From Amoebidium appalachense (Eukaryota > Protista > Ichthyosporea), in the NCBI GenBank assembly GCA_963693365.1, contig CAVNZM010000009.1, forward strand, positions 1,552,231-1,616,230: 64,000 nucleotides of DNA, read 5' to 3'. Every line of letters starts with the position of its first letter. Position 1 is the stretch's first letter. Made by a program: the position numbers and the translations under genes. Positions 57,061 to 64,000 of this stretch are shown in pieces. The notes beneath the pieces were generated by a model. The model saw only the letters and a list, made by a program, of their open reading frames with translations. It made no database searches and was not told where the DNA came from.

Positions 57061-57597
57061 ACTTCCCTCCCGCCCCCCAGCCACCTTGTCCACCAAACCC
57101 TGAAAGTCCCCCGGCAACCTCCCTGGAGTCCCCTTCTTCTCCCTTTAGTTGACTGAAATCTTGGATCAAGCACCCAATGCTCACTCCTCACTCCTCTTCT
57201 GGCCTTTTCCCATAATCATCCTTATGTTCACAACTCTCTGCCTATTCCACTTTCAATGAAGAGCTCCAGTTACTTCTCTGTCCTTTCTGACTCTTTTCCC
57301 CCACCTACCCTGCCTCACCACCAACCCCGCCTATATACCCCGCCACCTCACCGGCAGTCCTTCACCTGTTCTTTTGTTCCTTCAACATTGCTATCCTCTT
57401 CTTGCAACACCCTCTCCCAATTCATACGCAGGCAACCCCCAGCCTGTATGGTCCATCATTCCCCCCTTCCCCGCCCCGCCCCCGGCCCCCCACACATGTC
57501 CATTTTATTATTATTATCATGAATGCCTCGTCGTTCTCATATGCACCCGGTAATGCCACATCCACACTCTTTCAAACTTTCCTCCCCCCTCCCCCCC

Positions 57598-57654
<57 letters not shown>

Positions 57655-59560
57655 ACAACGCCCCTCCCCGCGCCCCTTTATCCTTCCACTCTGTCGGTGT
57701 CCTCATGCTTCACTCACTCACCCATCACATTGCTACAGGGGGTCTTGCGGAGTTTTTGTCTTTTAATCGTCTGTTTTTCGCTCCTTCCTAATGCAGCTCT
57801 TGGATTTAGTTCAGGCACTCAATCGATTGCCCTCGCCCCTCACATATTCCAACACAGAATTTTCATCGTTTCAAACGTGCAACCTGATCTTTCCCCCACC
57901 CGCCCACCCCACCCGCCCACCCGCCCACCCCCTTCCTTTCCTCCTCCCGTTTCTGTGTGGGCTCGATAGACTCAACCACTTTTTCTTGTATATGTCGCAG
58001 TGGGGGTTGTGTGTTTGCTGGCGTGTTAAAGCCTCGTTGCTCATGGGTCAGATTCAAGGAGGAGGATTAACGATGTAGGGGAGGTGGTGGGGAGAAATAG
58101 CACACATGAACACCAGACACAAGCAGCGAAAGGGGTAAGAGAGAGGGGAGAGGGGAGGGGGAGGGGGGGGGGGAGGGGGGGGGGGGAGGGGAGGGGAGGG
58201 GAGAAAGGACACACGGTCCTAGTACGATTGAACGCTATCTTTAGTTCTACCAAAATCACTCGTATCAAGTGCAAAGCCATGGGTTTCGGTAGAGGTTGCT
58301 GGTAAGGCCGGAGAAAAGGAAGAGGAAGAATGAATTGTTGAGCAGGACAGGACTGGCATGCTGGTGACAAAGATATAAGACTGTTACCAGCATACAAAGA
58401 GCATGGGGTGGGTGAGGAATCATGTTTCATGTTTATGTTTCCATAGTGCCTACCTGTACCGGGTGAGCCCCTGTAGGAGTCATGGAGCCAGCACAAGCTG
58501 TCAGGTATGTGATACGGTTAGTGGTGGTGGTGGCGGCGGCCTGAGTGTGTATATATATGTGCGCAGGTGTGTGCCTGTGTGCCCGTGGGTGGTTTTGTGT
58601 TTGTGTTTGTGTGTATTGGGTGTGGTGGTGGTATGTGTGGGGGGGGGGGGTGGAGGGGGGGGGGGGGGGGGGGGGGGGGGGAGAGGGGGGATGGAGGGAA
58701 GGGAGGGGAGGGGGGAGGGGATGGGTGGGAAAGAAAAGTAAATTTGTTTCTGATTCATGTCGGTTGTTACTTGACGGAGGTGTCTTGCATTGTGACCGGG
58801 TTGCTGTAGGATGCCGGCAGTGGGGGAGGGGTTGGTGGTGTGTGTGTGTGTGGGAGGGGGGGGAGGGGGGGGGGGGGGGGGGGGGGGGGTTGTGAGGGGT
58901 GGGGGAGGGGGGGAATTGGGTGGAGTTGGGCTGACGATGTGTGTGTGGGTTCAATGGAGGTGGAAGGGGCAGGGGGTGGGGTGGGGGGAGGGACGGGGGG
59001 AGGAGATGCTGGGGAGGAAAAGGGGACACGGGGGAAGGGAATGACAGAATCTTACGGAAGACGATATGGAGCATATACGTGACAGGTATAGCGAAGGAAG
59101 GAAGAAGAAGTCACGGGAAACAAGTGCCAAAAGGGGGGGCGGGGGGGGGGGGGGGGGGGGGGGGGGATGAGACGGGATGGGAGGAATGTTGAGATGTCGG
59201 TTTGTGGTGTCAGGGGGACAGATGACAAAAGGAAACGGTTGCCACCAGACCGTGTGATGTCTGATTTCACATGCGCCAGCTTCAACCCTTTCGGGTATGC
59301 ATGTTGCTCCGACTTGATCTATAACTGCGTGATTGTATTGGTATTGGTCACATGTGTTCTCCATTTTACACTTCTTTTCACAATCAGATAATTGTAACCA
59401 TTTTAGTGGAAGACAAGCAGCACCCCCCCCCCCCCCCCCCCCCTCTCCCCCCCTCCCCCCCTCCCCCCCCCCCCCTTTCCTCCTCCGTCTTTCTCTCTTT
59501 CCCTTTGTGTTATCTCCGTGTTTTCCCAGTGTGTGCTAATGCACACATATGGACGCACAG

Positions 59561-64000
<4,440 letters not shown>

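Overview
Intron-rich eukaryotic DNA, probably an opisthokont protist or fungus (inferred from the WDR24, GATA and Pcl-cyclin types). It is saturated with (CA)n, (GA)n and poly-G/C tracts, so most listed ORFs are microsatellite artefacts. Real content, left to right: (1) a 6-exon Dada-type DDE transposase with an inserted DEDDy 3'-5' exonuclease; (2) a small heat-shock protein with one in-frame TAG; (3) a ~12-exon gene for a long N-terminal extension plus two tandem globin domains ending in a CaaX box; (4) a hAT MITE; (5) a 5'-truncated RNase H-bearing LINE with an internal minisatellite; (6) RCHY1/Pirh2; (7) a Kolobok-like MITE; (8) a GATA factor; (9) a PHO85-type cyclin; (10) an internally deleted PIF/Harbinger element; (11) the 5' part of WDR24. 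The most novel signals are the putatively prenylated di-domain globin, the exonuclease-bearing Dada element, and a dispersed retroposon-like family that ends in, and sits inside, poly-C/G tracts instead of poly-A. All gene models were spliced by eye and need transcript confirmation.
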